The position numbers and the translations under genes were made by a program. Shown here piece by piece: positions 9,288-19,353 of a stretch of DNA of 64,000 nt. This DNA is from a virus (lineage: Duplodnaviria > Heunggongvirae > Uroviricota > Caudoviricetes): the IMG/VR virus record IMGVR_UViG_2579778660_000001. One strand, written 5' to 3'. The first letter of the stretch is position 1. Every line of letters begins with the position of its first letter. The notes under the pieces are model-generated. The model saw only the letters and a list, made by a program, of their open reading frames with translations. It had not been told where the DNA came from and made no database searches.

Positions 9288-10209
9288 GGCCCGCCTCATG
9301 CTTTTCAGCCACCAGCGGCAATAAAGCCCTGGCCATCTTATGAACCAATAGTGCATCAATAATGCCAAGCGTATGCCCCGGCTTAATGTTTAATGCCGCC
9401 TCAAGGTGACACCTTTCCAGGCCACTTTTCTCGGCTTGTTTATGATGATCTGGTGTAATAACGTCGCCCAAAACACGGCTAATTCTTTCTCGTAATTGCT
9501 GGGTGCCAGCACACTTGATCGCTGTATCGTGGAGACGGTTAACCAGTTCGCGATAAACATGCGGCTTAATTCGGATACGTTCACCGGTGACGCCCTTTCC
9601 TGGCGCTGGCACCGAACTATCCGGAATATCCGGATAGTTGCCAGCCTCGTAAGCTACCCGCAGCCAGTGCATGAATGTTTCAGTGGACACACAACCACAG
9701 TCCACATCGATTTTCCCGCGTTGCTGTTCCAGCCATTGCCCAAAATCCAACCTGTAAGTCTTACTTTCAAGTTCATCACCATTGAACTCGACTTTCTGCG
9801 ACGCTATGAGAGCTGATTCGTATTGTTCGCGAGTGACAACTGACTGGTATTCATCGCTATCAAGGTCACCAATTGGAAGCTCAATCTCACAACAAAAATT
9901 GCGCCCAAAGAAAGTGTCTTTTTTGTGGTCTGAGCCAAAAGCAAAAGTCGCGCATGGTGCCATTAAATTGACACTGGGTAGGTAACAATAACTCATTCCA
10001 TCAGGCCACCCGCCGCACTTAGGCAGCTCCTTCACTAACAAGTCGATAAGCTTCATTTTTTTATCATCTTTGCAAGCCGCCAAAGCCATTTGGGCAAGTG
10101 CCAATACTTCATCTGCCGTATATCCAGCACCGTGACCATACATTTCGATACGGGAAATAATCTCTGATATACGCTCTTCAGTGATTCTGGTCATTTCTTT
10201 TTGCGCCAT
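9271..10209 (-). CDS. hypothetical protein (312 aa); C-terminal region shared with 19350-19959 product
   Basis: HVYRELVNRLHDTAIKCAGTQQLRERI here vs HIYRELVNALRDIAAVYHGTEQLRERL in the DUF4406 protein. Confidence 0.6.
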   Translation of the reverse strand: MAQKEMTRITEERISEIISRIEMYGHGAGYTADEVLALAQMALAACKDDKKMKLIDLLVKELPKCGGWPDGMSYCYLPSVNLMAPCATFAFGSDHKKDTFFGRNFCCEIELPIGDLDSDEYQSVVTREQYESALIASQKVEFNGDELESKTYRLDFGQWLEQQRGKIDVDCGCVSTETFMHWLRVAYEAGNYPDIPDSSVPAPGKGVTGERIRIKPHVYRELVNRLHDTAIKCAGTQQLRERISRVLGDVITPDHHKQAEKSGLERCHLEAALNIKPGHTLGIIDALLVHKMARALLPLVAEKHEAGHANES

Positions 10210-10565
10210 TTCTTTTCACATTCCTTAGTCCATTTTTCAATGTTCATTTTGGCAATATCAGTCATTCCATCACCTAAGAAATACTTTCTCCGGTATGTCT
10301 TGCACTTAAACCACACTACAACAGCCACCAGCCAGAAAATAAAAGGCCATACAGCAATACCAACGACAGCCGCGATAAAGCCCAATATCCATAAATGAAG
10401 CTCTCCAACTTCTGTTTCCGGCAATATTCTTAAAGAATTAAACAGCAGGCTGAACGAATGGTCGTATGCATTGGCAGTATAAGACATGCAATCCATATAA
10501 TTAAAGTCATAGCCTGCGGCTGCCGCCCATAATGGGCGGTCAAGAAAATGTTTTAGTGTCATCAT
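10191..10565 (-). CDS. hypothetical membrane protein
   Basis: Two hydrophobic helices (WILGFIAAVVGIAVWPFIFWLVAVVVWF), basic C-terminus. Confidence 0.5.
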   Translation of the reverse strand: MMTLKHFLDRPLWAAAAGYDFNYMDCMSYTANAYDHSFSLLFNSLRILPETEVGELHLWILGFIAAVVGIAVWPFIFWLVAVVVWFKCKTYRRKYFLGDGMTDIAKMNIEKWTKECEKKWRKKK

Positions 10566-10571
10566 ATTAAT

Positions 10572-10961
10572 TTAAGGTTCAGACCAGTTATCTTCAATAG
10601 CAATGCTTAATCTTTGTAGCCATTCTGCTAATTTCAGCATTGCTTCTCTTTCGCTTAAACCACGAGGAAAATCATCAAGCGATATTGTTGGCTTGAAGCC
10701 CCCGTAATTATCCATTTCAACGGTCAGATTTTGCTCCAGTACGGTATTCCTTACGCGGCTATTGTGGCGAAGCAAATATACTGAACGTGATTTATTGGTT
10801 TTGTGGTCGAGCTGATGTTCGGTAAGTATCATCTGGCTTTTGCCATGACTATTACCTCTCCACATACTTACCTCACTTAATAAAACAACTCCATACGTAG
10901 TTGATGATTTTTTCCCACGTAATATAAATCTGCACTCCGGCAGTAAAACCAAAGCCAACAA
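10572..10961 (-). CDS. hypothetical protein (start uncertain, possibly internal Met near 10865)
   Basis: ORF track; N-terminal 32 aa overlap a 41-aa hydrophobic ORF in another frame. Confidence 0.4.
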   Translation of the reverse strand: MLALVLLPECRFILRGKKSSTTYGVVLLSEVSMWRGNSHGKSQMILTEHQLDHKTNKSRSVYLLRHNSRVRNTVLEQNLTVEMDNYGGFKPTISLDDFPRGLSEREAMLKLAEWLQRLSIAIEDNWSEP

Positions 10962-10995
10962 TTGCTGAAAAAATCAAAACATTTACTTTTGACAT
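10872..10995 (-). CDS. small hydrophobic peptide (41 aa), candidate
   Basis: MSKVNVLIFSAIVGFGFTAGVQIYITWEKIINYVWSCFIK; below ORF-track size cut-off. Confidence 0.25.
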
Positions 10996-11043
10996 TATAA
11001 ATTTTCTCTCGGTGTCGTAGGTGATAGCACCATAATTGATAAT

Positions 11044-11295
11044 TTAGTGAGTTAGCAGTTCCATTTTTTGGATGATTTCCGCATGAGCATCATCGTTATC
11101 AACACTTAACTCGTTTAATGCCTCTCGCACCACATCAACTTCTTCTGGTTGGAAGAAATCATCTCGGTAGTCACCAAATAGAACCGAAACAAGCCTGCCA
11201 CCAGCAACATCAAGATTGGCGCTAACAGGTGGCTCTTTACCATCCTCAAATTCGACTACAAAAGTTATTTTTCCCATCGTTACCACCAGCGACAA
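11044..11295 (-). CDS. hypothetical protein (83 aa)
   Basis: ORF in co-directional early block. Confidence 0.45.
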   Translation of the reverse strand: MSLVVTMGKITFVVEFEDGKEPPVSANLDVAGGRLVSVLFGDYRDDFFQPEEVDVVREALNELSVDNDDAHAEIIQKMELLTH

Positions 11296-11359
11296 ATTGA
11301 ATACAAACCCAGTGCTGCCGCCATCACAATTCCTACCGTGGTGAATGCTTCAGGCCAGC

Positions 11360-12202
11360 TCATTGATTCACCTCCTGCGGCGGTTCTGGTAGCGGCATCC
11401 AGTGGGTTACCTCTTTGAGATGCAGGTCTTCGCCGTCGCCGTCATCCCACGTTGGATTGCCATCATCAAACCAGTCGCCATATACGCCAACCTGAGTGTT
11501 TGGTATGTTGGGCCAATAGTTATTTTTGAAATCAGCAGCTAATACATAGCGCTGCTTTTCACCCATTTCCGGCATCCGCTCGCTTACCGGAATCCATTTA
11601 CCCGGCACGGTAGCGGGTTCACTGCCGGGTAGTTGCGGCGCGGCTGCGAGCATGGCCTCGGTTTCCGCAATCAGGTTGTGAGGTAGTTGGCATCCTGCAT
11701 TTTGCATGCCGTGGCCAAATGCCAGCCAGCGCCGAAGCATGTCCGCTGAACCATCCGGAATTACCGGAGAGTTGCCAGCCAGCGCGTTCAACTTGTAAGC
11801 CTGGCTTACAGGTTCGGCACTATGAAGCATGGCAGCTCGGCAGGCGTTCCAGCCAGATGTTCGCCCAAGCGCGTAAACTTCAGATGGCTCAAGATAATCA
11901 ATGTCATGCCCGTCCTCATCGTCGTTCTCAGGTAATGCAGCAGGTACTACCGGTACTGGCGGGGCGGCATAAACAGGAATAACGTCCGATTGCTCTTTAT
12001 TGCTTTCATCCGTTAAAGCCCAGAATAATTTTCCAGCCGGATGTTTGAAAATATAAGCAACTGGTTCTGCTTCCAGCGATGCCAGAGCAATTCGTGCCAG
12101 TTCTTCCGCTTCTTCTGCTGGCAGTACAACGTTGCTACCAGGTCCGTATGTTTCGCGCCACTGCTTGATTGTCAGCAGTCGCTCTTTGGTAATAGTGGTC
12201 AT
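11360..12202 (-). CDS. hypothetical protein with DUF551-like C-terminus
   Basis: C-terminal WIPVSERMP...THWMPLPEPP pattern typical of lambdoid DUF551 proteins. Confidence 0.55.
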   Translation of the reverse strand: MTTITKERLLTIKQWRETYGPGSNVVLPAEEAEELARIALASLEAEPVAYIFKHPAGKLFWALTDESNKEQSDVIPVYAAPPVPVVPAALPENDDEDGHDIDYLEPSEVYALGRTSGWNACRAAMLHSAEPVSQAYKLNALAGNSPVIPDGSADMLRRWLAFGHGMQNAGCQLPHNLIAETEAMLAAAPQLPGSEPATVPGKWIPVSERMPEMGEKQRYVLAADFKNNYWPNIPNTQVGVYGDWFDDGNPTWDDGDGEDLHLKEVTHWMPLPEPPQEVNQ

Positions 12203-12540
12203 TTGTTAATCCTCAAAACTTTATGCCCGGGCGCAAAAGCACGCGTTTTGTCTTTGCTTATTCGCCAGCCATCCTTGCGCGCCTCTTTTGCACAGCCAGC
12301 CCATGACGTACCTATATACTCACCGAAGTCTGGCGACTTATATTTGCCATCTGTACACTGGAGGCAGTCACAATAGAGATGCATGGTGTAACTTGCGGCA
12401 ATAGCCATATCACTCTCCTTTAGTGCGCAAATGGTTTTTTCCAGCGGTTTTGCGCCGCGCTGGGCTTTTTGCAAAAACCACAATCCATCATCCCGTAATA
12501 TTTCATCAACCCCATCCGTCGGTTGCTGAGTCTCACCCAC
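12199..12540 (-). CDS. hypothetical Cys-rich protein (113 aa)
   Basis: CDCLQC motif; 4-nt overlap with downstream gene. Confidence 0.5.
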   Translation of the reverse strand: MGETQQPTDGVDEILRDDGLWFLQKAQRGAKPLEKTICALKESDMAIAASYTMHLYCDCLQCTDGKYKSPDFGEYIGTSWAGCAKEARKDGWRISKDKTRAFAPGHKVLRINK

Positions 12541-12771
12541 TGCCAGACGCCAGGAGCGTTTCTACGAACTAACAGAATCTTTGCTTTACGGTTTTTCATC
12601 GCTTTGCTCTCCTGCGTCTCTTTGCTGCTCGTCGTGCCGCTGCAATACCGGTATGGCGGCGCTTTGGTGCCGGGATGATGTTGTCAGCCATCAGGACATG
12701 TGGCTTTGCAATTAGCGCAGAAGCCCAAAAACGAGTCGGGTACGGTAACAAGCCGATACATGCCACACGCA

Positions 12772-13029
12772 TTACTCACCTCCTTTAATGCGAATGCCAG
12801 CGGCGCGGATGGCGTCAGCGCAATAATCGATAGCGCAGTTGTGTCCTTTGCCGAAATCATCCTCAGCCATCACTTTGTCATCGAGTTTTATCTCGATAGC
12901 TGCGCGAGATGCCTGCCATGCCCTCCATGCCATTTCCGTGGATGAATAAACATACCCGCAATCACCATATACAAGGCTTAAATTTTGCTTTTTCGCGAAC
13001 TCCAAAAACTGCTTTCTTGATTCGTCCAT
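12772..13029 (-). CDS. Ea22-like C-terminal-domain paralogue (85 aa)
   Basis: Ends ...AIRAAGIRIKGGE; ATG at 13029 one nt after upstream stop. Confidence 0.45.
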   Translation of the reverse strand: MDESRKQFLEFAKKQNLSLVYGDCGYVYSSTEMAWRAWQASRAAIEIKLDDKVMAEDDFGKGHNCAIDYCADAIRAAGIRIKGGE

Positions 13030-13030
13030 A

Positions 13031-13933
13031 TCACTCTCCTTTGATGCGAATACCAGCAAGCCAGTTTCTTATGCCGATATATTCAGCATTCCTGAAACCG
13101 CTTTTTACATATATAAATGGCAAGCGAAGATTGTGACCATTGGCTGCCAGGTAGTCTTTACAACCCTGTTCGGTGAAACAGCAGGTAACGAATTCATCAA
13201 TATCTTTCACAGCAACGCGCCGCCATTTTTCTGGTGGCTCTCGAAAGTTTTCGTGAAGTAGTTCGAGACGACGACTTTGGCGTTTATTGGCTTCATTGCC
13301 ATCTTCATCAACCCAGACAATCCGGTCATAGTCATAATCAGCATCAACAACGATTTCGCGCTTTTGATACACACAAAACATAGGGTCTGACGTTATTCGA
13401 TTATCCTGTGTTCGAATATTTTCACCGATGATGCCAAACGAATCTGGTGCAGATTTTGTCTGCAACTCTTCGATACGTTCAGCCATCGCAGCACACTCTT
13501 CAAAGTTGCTTAATGCTTTTCGCTCCGATTCAGCGCATTGTTTTTCCAGTTCTGCTATGCGCTTACCTCCATCCGCGATTACTCCCTCGTAATGCTCGCG
13601 CTGCTCGTTGAGTTTTGATTTTGCCGACTCCAGTTGTTTTGTTAGTTCCACAATACGGCAAACATCGTTGATACGCGTTTCCTCTAATGCGTTGATCTCA
13701 TCCAGTAGTGCCAGTGCAACTTTTGGTGGGATAGCCGCGATATAACGGGCATTGGCACTAGCGTTCCTCTGTCCATCAATGCCAGGCCAGTCAATAAAGT
13801 ATCCGCAATGCCTACCCTCAGACGTGCGCGCAGGATAAATGCCGTTATGTCCCGGCAAAATATATGCTACCCATTCATCTTGCGTTGCCTGCTCCGCTGC
13901 CTCGCGCAACTCCTGATAGTTAGTTTCACTCAC
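13031..13933 (-). CDS. Ead/Ea22-like protein (300 aa)
   Basis: Coiled-coil centre; C-terminus ...NWLAGIRIKGE. Confidence 0.6.
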   Translation of the reverse strand: MSETNYQELREAAEQATQDEWVAYILPGHNGIYPARTSEGRHCGYFIDWPGIDGQRNASANARYIAAIPPKVALALLDEINALEETRINDVCRIVELTKQLESAKSKLNEQREHYEGVIADGGKRIAELEKQCAESERKALSNFEECAAMAERIEELQTKSAPDSFGIIGENIRTQDNRITSDPMFCVYQKREIVVDADYDYDRIVWVDEDGNEANKRQSRRLELLHENFREPPEKWRRVAVKDIDEFVTCCFTEQGCKDYLAANGHNLRLPFIYVKSGFRNAEYIGIRNWLAGIRIKGE

Positions 13934-14120
13934 TATCTGCTCCTTCCGCTTTCTCTGCTTTATCCGCCATGATTTCCAGCTTTTGTGCTGCTGATGCCGC
14001 TAACATTTGAAATTCTTCATCTGTTTCAACTGGAATTGGTACAAACCTGACTCCAATTTGAGCAAGGCTATGCGCCATCTCTAGACTTGCTCTTAACTCT
14101 GCTGGTGAGGCTTTATTCAT
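13926..14120 (-). CDS. hypothetical protein (64 aa)
   Basis: GAAGGAGGAAG RBS upstream of ATG at 14120. Confidence 0.5.
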   Translation of the reverse strand: MNKASPAELRASLEMAHSLAQIGVRFVPIPVETDEEFQMLAASAAQKLEIMADKAEKAEGADSE

Positions 14121-14216
14121 TTGGCTTCCTCCTTCCGATACATCATGATTGCCAGACCTCCCTTTGTAGTAATGCGGATGGTGCTGCCTGGCTCCATGCT
14201 CATGCCTTTATCCCAA

Positions 14217-15212
14217 TCAGTTATTAAACGTGATTACTCCGCGCTCGATGGCGAAGTCAAAAAGCTGGTTAGCGGCTACGTAAAGGCGTATGCCATGTGC
14301 TTTTTCCCATGCCCGGACATCGTTTTCTGCGCTTCTGGCGCAGTCATCGCAAAGAGGAACAGCCCAGCGGTCGTGTTCGTTTAACGAGCGGGCGCGGTAC
14401 ATGAACGGGTGGTTAACTTTGCCACCGCATCCGATGCACGGACGAGAAACCACAAACCGGAGATAAGCCGGGCTTTTACCGAGGACCGCTTTTGGTCGGC
14501 GCATATAAAGCAGGCCGGAATCCTCATCTACAGACAGGTTGACGATCTGCTCTGCGGTTATGTCCACCAGCTCGCGGGTACTGTGCTCCCAGGTGATATC
14601 TGATTCTTTCAGCGTACCGGTAGGGATTTCAGTTTTTGGCTGACAAAATGCAATGCGACCGGCTTCATCTGGCAGCTCATCTTTCAGATTCCGGCGAATG
14701 GCCCAAAAAGTGAGTTCAACCATACTCAGATCGCGTTCTGGCGGTAGTTTTAACTCGCTCGCAGCCCAGTTCATAACCCAGTTGGCACGATTCAGGGATA
14801 ACTGGTCGTCCAGCTTGCTGTACCCCTTCATCATGTATTCCGCATCATGCTTCCAGCACAGGCGAACGGCAGAGCCGTTATAGAAATGAGTGGTTAGCTG
14901 GTGGCTGCAATCGCGCTTATCGTGCGCCTGGCAATCGTGGATATTGGAACTTACCCAATGAACAAGCGAATCTTCACCGCCCAACGCGTTAAATACGCGC
15001 TCGCTTTGAAAAAACGGTTTCAGAGACTGGTTGGCAACCAGCGAATAATTCAGATCCACTACGCCATCTGGAGTGTTTTCAGCCTGTTCACGCGGAAGTG
15101 GGGAGATAATGAAACGGCGACCTGCGCCAATGTAGTTACTGGTGGGCTTGTCTACCGGAAAGACAGCCACACCAGCTCCGTTTACGAAATGAGGTGTGAT
15201 TATTGCACTCAT
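14217..15212 (-). CDS. hypothetical protein (331 aa), DUF968-like Cys-rich C-terminus
   Basis: C-terminal CIGCGG...CDDCARS cluster. Confidence 0.55.
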   Translation of the reverse strand: MSAIITPHFVNGAGVAVFPVDKPTSNYIGAGRRFIISPLPREQAENTPDGVVDLNYSLVANQSLKPFFQSERVFNALGGEDSLVHWVSSNIHDCQAHDKRDCSHQLTTHFYNGSAVRLCWKHDAEYMMKGYSKLDDQLSLNRANWVMNWAASELKLPPERDLSMVELTFWAIRRNLKDELPDEAGRIAFCQPKTEIPTGTLKESDITWEHSTRELVDITAEQIVNLSVDEDSGLLYMRRPKAVLGKSPAYLRFVVSRPCIGCGGKVNHPFMYRARSLNEHDRWAVPLCDDCARSAENDVRAWEKAHGIRLYVAANQLFDFAIERGVITFNN

Positions 15213-15253
15213 AATGTATACCGACTCTGTTTTGTTCCGAGCGGTAAAATAAT

Positions 15254-15285
15254 ATGTTAGAAAACTAAAATCAACGTTCTAACGT
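15254..15285. promoter_or_regulatory. operator-like motifs (copy 3: ATGTTAGAAAA plus variant CGTTCTAACGT)
   Basis: Perfect reverse-complement of core motif at 15254-15264; second half-site 15275-15285. Confidence 0.5.
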
Positions 15286-15310
15286 AATTTTGAGTGCGTA
15301 AATGATTTGA

Positions 15311-16003
15311 TCAGACTTTAAGCTGCCCTCCCTTCACCTGCATTAGCGTCAGATTTCCGCAAAAAACCGCGCCCGTGTCTATGTAGTGCTGATTCCAGTA
15401 TGCTTTTGGTCTTCGTACCGGTGTGTGCCCAAAGATAAAGCGATCTGCGCCTGTGATTTCTCCACCAATGCCATCTATCGAATCACCGACGCGACTGCGC
15501 GACCAGACAACATCAAAAAGCGACACATCCTTACCGAACTGGTACTCTCCACCTGGATAGTCGGCATGGGCTATAACGATAGTTTCATGCCCGGTGTTCA
15601 GCTCAATGATATAGGGCAGACGCTTTACCAGCTCCACCAGCGCCCAGGCTAATATTTCCTGATCAGTGTCCAGCATGAAGAACCATTGTCCGCCATTCAT
15701 TAGCCAGTTATTCACGTTGCCATCAGGACTTAACGCATCAAGCATCAACCGCTCATGGTTCCCCATTACTGCCCTGAACCAGGGCATCTGCAATAGTTCC
15801 AGACATTCGACATTTTCAGTACCGCGATCGATAAGGTCGCCAACCGATATCAGTAAATCCTGCGCCGGGTCAAAATCCACACGATGGAGTTCGGACATCA
15901 GTCTGGTGTAGCAACCATGCAGATCACCAACAACCCATATGTTTCTATAGCCAGAACCATCAATACGGCTATATAAATTCACTTCATGCAGAGCCTGGGT
16001 CAT
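15311..16003 (-). CDS. Ser/Thr protein phosphatase (lambda-type calcineurin-like)
   Basis: GDLHGC, GDLIDRG, GNHE metallophosphoesterase motifs. Confidence 0.85.
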   Translation of the reverse strand: MTQALHEVNLYSRIDGSGYRNIWVVGDLHGCYTRLMSELHRVDFDPAQDLLISVGDLIDRGTENVECLELLQMPWFRAVMGNHERLMLDALSPDGNVNNWLMNGGQWFFMLDTDQEILAWALVELVKRLPYIIELNTGHETIVIAHADYPGGEYQFGKDVSLFDVVWSRSRVGDSIDGIGGEITGADRFIFGHTPVRRPKAYWNQHYIDTGAVFCGNLTLMQVKGGQLKV

Positions 16004-16311
16004 GCGGCAACCTTCTCACGCAGCCAGATACAAACCGGACCATCTTCAGTGTCATGAATAGAGCCAACAAACCAGCCTTCACCCTCTGGTCGCTCCGGTT
16101 CCCAGGCGGCAATATCGGGACCAGCTGCGTCCAGATCAAAATCATCTTCATCCATACTGCGAATAGTCCACTGAAGATTATTTTCCTTCATCCAGGCGTC
16201 AAATTCCTCAGTGGAAATATATTCACGGCCTGCGCAAAACTTTTCATACTCCGGATGTGTCCAGCAGCCATATTCATCACGTTCTACCGGCATTTCTTTA
16301 ATTGTGCTCAC
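16000..16311 (-). CDS. hypothetical protein (103 aa)
   Basis: 4-nt overlap coupling with neighbours. Confidence 0.5.
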   Translation of the reverse strand: MSTIKEMPVERDEYGCWTHPEYEKFCAGREYISTEEFDAWMKENNLQWTIRSMDEDDFDLDAAGPDIAAWEPERPEGEGWFVGSIHDTEDGPVCIWLREKVAA

Positions 16312-16532
16312 TCTTCATCCTCCAAGTCGGCAACGGCCTCCATCACATCAGAACCGCGAATAAACTCAAAAGCACGGCAAGCCATTTCAAACACCTGTTG
16401 TTCTTGCGGATGCGGTGACTCCCAATACTTAAAACCAGGTCGATGCTCGTAACCCATCATGGAATAAAAATCGCCAGCAAGTTCAATCGCGGCATCAACA
16501 AGTTCGCGATTTGTCATCGTTTGTTCTGTCAT
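16308..16532 (-). CDS. hypothetical protein (74 aa)
   Basis: ORF in operon. Confidence 0.5.
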   Translation of the reverse strand: MTEQTMTNRELVDAAIELAGDFYSMMGYEHRPGFKYWESPHPQEQQVFEMACRAFEFIRGSDVMEAVADLEDEE

Positions 16533-16837
16533 TTTGTTTTCTCCTGTCTGAACATCACTATCATCAGGTCGCCTTTTGTCGCTATCCTCGCTGTTGTGCC
16601 TGGTTCAATGCTGCCAAGTTCAAATGCGTCATAGAACGCTTCTAATGCCTTCTGGCGTAGTTCCTGTTTGCGCCGTTTTTTCCACTGTTTCAGGAAAATG
16701 GAACCCAGCCATCGCCATGTACGGGACATGATGAAAAACCAACCGAGAAGTGCCAGACCGGTATTCAGGAGCGTATCGATCGTTATTGTCGTGTCGATAT
16801 TCACTGGCTGCTTCCGTTGCGAATCTGTTCCGCCCAT
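16529..16837 (-). CDS. hypothetical membrane protein (102 aa)
   Basis: One TM segment (LLNTGLALLGWFFIM) then basic stretch. Confidence 0.45.
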   Translation of the reverse strand: MGGTDSQRKQPVNIDTTITIDTLLNTGLALLGWFFIMSRTWRWLGSIFLKQWKKRRKQELRQKALEAFYDAFELGSIEPGTTARIATKGDLMIVMFRQEKTK

Positions 16838-17733
16838 TCTTCAAGGGATTTCTCCGCATATTCACCGGACAGGCCATCAAGCGGATGCGGTTCATTAGCC
16901 AACTCTTCTTTCGCTGACAAAATCATGCGTGTAACGTCGAAAACTTCACGCAAAGACTTATTGATAAATCCGTGATTGAACGCAGCAGCAAGACGGCTTG
17001 CGGTGTAGTTAATCCCCTCGTTGCGTGCCTCCGCACGTACTTCAGCCAGGAAAGCGTCGGTTGCTGGGGTGTCGATATTAGGCAGAAGCGCATAATCGCA
17101 AATCGTATCGATCGCAGGATCACAACAGTCATCCTCGTTGCGTGGTCGTTCGCCAACCTTCGTTGACGATTGCATGATGATTCCCCAGCAAATACTATCG
17201 ACCTCTTCGCTCCATCCATCGCAAGCATCACCGCGATAGTCGTCGATTGCAGCCTCAGCCGATTCGATAGCTTCCTCAGCAGTTTTGTGCCATTCGAAAT
17301 TATGCTCAGAGCCATATGAGAAATATGAATGTCCCGCCTTCAGCCCCGCATTCTCCGCCGCCAGCGCCGCGCAATTACCCTCCAGCTCTGCAATGCGCTG
17401 TTTTGCGGCATCAAGTTCAATCGATAATTTTTCCAACTGCTCTTTATGCTTCTTGTATTCCTGATATGCGTGCCAGGACTGACCTTTGCGCACACTATCA
17501 GTAATATCAGTAATCTGTTCTGGTGTTAGCGTGGTCAGTGGCTGTGCTGGGAAAATCAGCACTTTCCCGGAATCCCAATCAAAACCAGCGTGAATTGACT
17601 GAACCTCAACTGAAGGTGTTGAACCAATGCTGCCAGGCGAATGAACAACGATCGTTACATCCATATCGCGACGATGGCTGTGGTTGTTGGACAAAATACG
17701 ATTCACCAACTCAGAAAATTTGGAAAATTTCAT
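16801..17733 (-). CDS. hypothetical protein (310 aa); C-terminal domain paralogous to 18537-19046 product
   Basis: ATG at 17733 overlaps upstream stop (ATGA); shared [11 protein letters not shown]...[10 protein letters not shown] domain. Confidence 0.55.
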   Translation of the reverse strand: MKFSKFSELVNRILSNNHSHRRDMDVTIVVHSPGSIGSTPSVEVQSIHAGFDWDSGKVLIFPAQPLTTLTPEQITDITDSVRKGQSWHAYQEYKKHKEQLEKLSIELDAAKQRIAELEGNCAALAAENAGLKAGHSYFSYGSEHNFEWHKTAEEAIESAEAAIDDYRGDACDGWSEEVDSICWGIIMQSSTKVGERPRNEDDCCDPAIDTICDYALLPNIDTPATDAFLAEVRAEARNEGINYTASRLAAAFNHGFINKSLREVFDVTRMILSAKEELANEPHPLDGLSGEYAEKSLEEWAEQIRNGSSQ

Positions 17734-18053
17734 GCTGATTCCCTTTGATCTTCCTGGATAATGTTGTTGCAATCTTTCACGCACTCGTTGCAGATGAAAG
17801 CGTTGTCCCCAGCAATTAACTTTTTAACGGTGTGCTGGGATTTGTTGCAGAAGCTGCAATAAAGCGTTGGACTGGCTGATACGGATGGTGCGCCAGATGT
17901 CAGCCGCGCGATGTCGTTCTTGCGACGCAATATCACACGGCTGCACTCAACCAGCATCTCCGGGGATATACCCTCCTCCGTGGCGAGCGCCTCCAGACGT
18001 TCGAGCAAGCGAAATACTTTTTCCTGGGTGATTGCATAATGCGATGTGGTCAT
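17730..18053 (-). CDS. ClpX N-terminal zinc-binding-domain-like protein (no AAA+ module)
   Basis: [39 protein letters not shown] vs ClpX ZBD (LYCSFCGKSQHEVRKLIAG...ICDECV, as recalled); ATG at 18053. Confidence 0.65.
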   Translation of the reverse strand: MTTSHYAITQEKVFRLLERLEALATEEGISPEMLVECSRVILRRKNDIARLTSGAPSVSASPTLYCSFCNKSQHTVKKLIAGDNAFICNECVKDCNNIIQEDQRESA

Positions 18054-18054
18054 C

Positions 18055-18540
18055 TCACTCTCCTTTGATGCGAATGCCTGTTGCAATGCTGTTTATGATG
18101 CTGTCAGTGCATGGGGTAGAAAGCTGGGCATCTCCAGCAATTTTCATGACATCAACATCTGCATATCGAATACCGAGGTGTATCAGACCGGCTATACCTG
18201 ACTTAAGCCGAGCATTTTCCATAAACAGATCCTTTGCCCGCTGTTTTTCTGCCTCAAGCTCAACGCGCAACTTCCCTACCGTTAGCGCAATATCCTCGTT
18301 CTCCTGGTCGCGGCGTTTGATGTACTGCTGGTTTCTTTCCCGTTCATCCAGTAGTGCCAGCACGGTTTCTGGTCCGGCCAGAAATTTGAAGGCGTTGAGC
18401 GCATCAATATCCACACCGTAATCTTTAAGTTCCTGTTCACTTAACAAATCATCATCAGCTGGCAACATTAACAGGCGTTCCATTGCTGGAATTGCACGTT
18501 CCGCCGCCTCACGCAGTGCCTGATAATCAATCTTGCTCAT
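18055..18540 (-). CDS. Ea22-like protein (161 aa)
   Basis: Ends ...[10 protein letters not shown]; conserved 24-bp junction sequence at 3' end. Confidence 0.6.
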   Translation of the reverse strand: MSKIDYQALREAAERAIPAMERLLMLPADDDLLSEQELKDYGVDIDALNAFKFLAGPETVLALLDERERNQQYIKRRDQENEDIALTVGKLRVELEAEKQRAKDLFMENARLKSGIAGLIHLGIRYADVDVMKIAGDAQLSTPCTDSIINSIATGIRIKGE

Positions 18541-19046
18541 TGGATGACTCCTTTACGAAGCTGTTCGGCGATATCTTCGAGAACGCCATCAGAGAATGAG
18601 CGGTCAAAATCGCCTTCCGGCGCATTAGCCATAAACTCAGTAGAGGTAAGAATCATCCGGGCAATATCCGCGGCGTTCTTCGCAGTATCATCAATAAAAC
18701 CAGCTACCCAGGCAGCCAGCATTCTGTTCGCCACAAAGTAAGCGCCCTCCTTGCGTGCTTCAGTCTTCACTTCATCCAGGAAAGTGTCGGTCGCAGGAGT
18801 AGTTTTTTGTGGTGATAGGGCGATACGAATTGTTTCAAGAGCTGGATCTATTTCCACTGTTGGCACCTTGATAAAACCAAGCTGCACGCCATTCATAATG
18901 AACGTGCGGCGATCCTCACATATCGCCTTCAGTCTCGCATTCTCCGCAGCCAGCGCCGCGCGCTCTTTCTCAAGTCGGGAAATTTCCGTTACATACTCAG
19001 CGTTACGCTCTGCCAGTTGTGCGGGCGTTAAACCTTCAGACTTCAT
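18537..19046 (-). CDS. hypothetical protein (169 aa), paralogue of 16801-17733 C-terminal domain
   Basis: Shared C-terminal domain; N-terminal coiled coil. Confidence 0.55.
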   Translation of the reverse strand: MKSEGLTPAQLAERNAEYVTEISRLEKERAALAAENARLKAICEDRRTFIMNGVQLGFIKVPTVEIDPALETIRIALSPQKTTPATDTFLDEVKTEARKEGAYFVANRMLAAWVAGFIDDTAKNAADIARMILTSTEFMANAPEGDFDRSFSDGVLEDIAEQLRKGVIQ

Positions 19047-19353
19047 ACACTCTCCTTTCGAAATAAACGTACTGATTAATCATGCCCAGGGGCATTTCGA
19101 GTTTTTCTGCGATCTCACGGCGGGGAACACCACACCGATGAAGCTGCCGTGCCAGTTCTATATCGCCCTGCCGGTATTTGGCTGACGGGTGAAAGTCTCC
19201 TTTCAGAATCATGCAGATCCGCAGTTGCCGCGCTTTGGTTCTGACAGCACTACCGGTACGCCCGATCAGCCTCCCAATACTCTCGACTGTCATAGTCCCG
19301 GCGCACTGGCGGAGTATCATGATTTCTGCCCTTCCCCATCCCCGCCAGCTCAC
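19036..19353 (-). CDS. putative HTH DNA-binding protein (105 aa)
   Basis: Helix-turn-helix-like ARQLHRCGVPRREIAEKLEMPLGMINQYV. Confidence 0.5.
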   Translation of the reverse strand: MSWRGWGRAEIMILRQCAGTMTVESIGRLIGRTGSAVRTKARQLRICMILKGDFHPSAKYRQGDIELARQLHRCGVPRREIAEKLEMPLGMINQYVYFERRVYEV

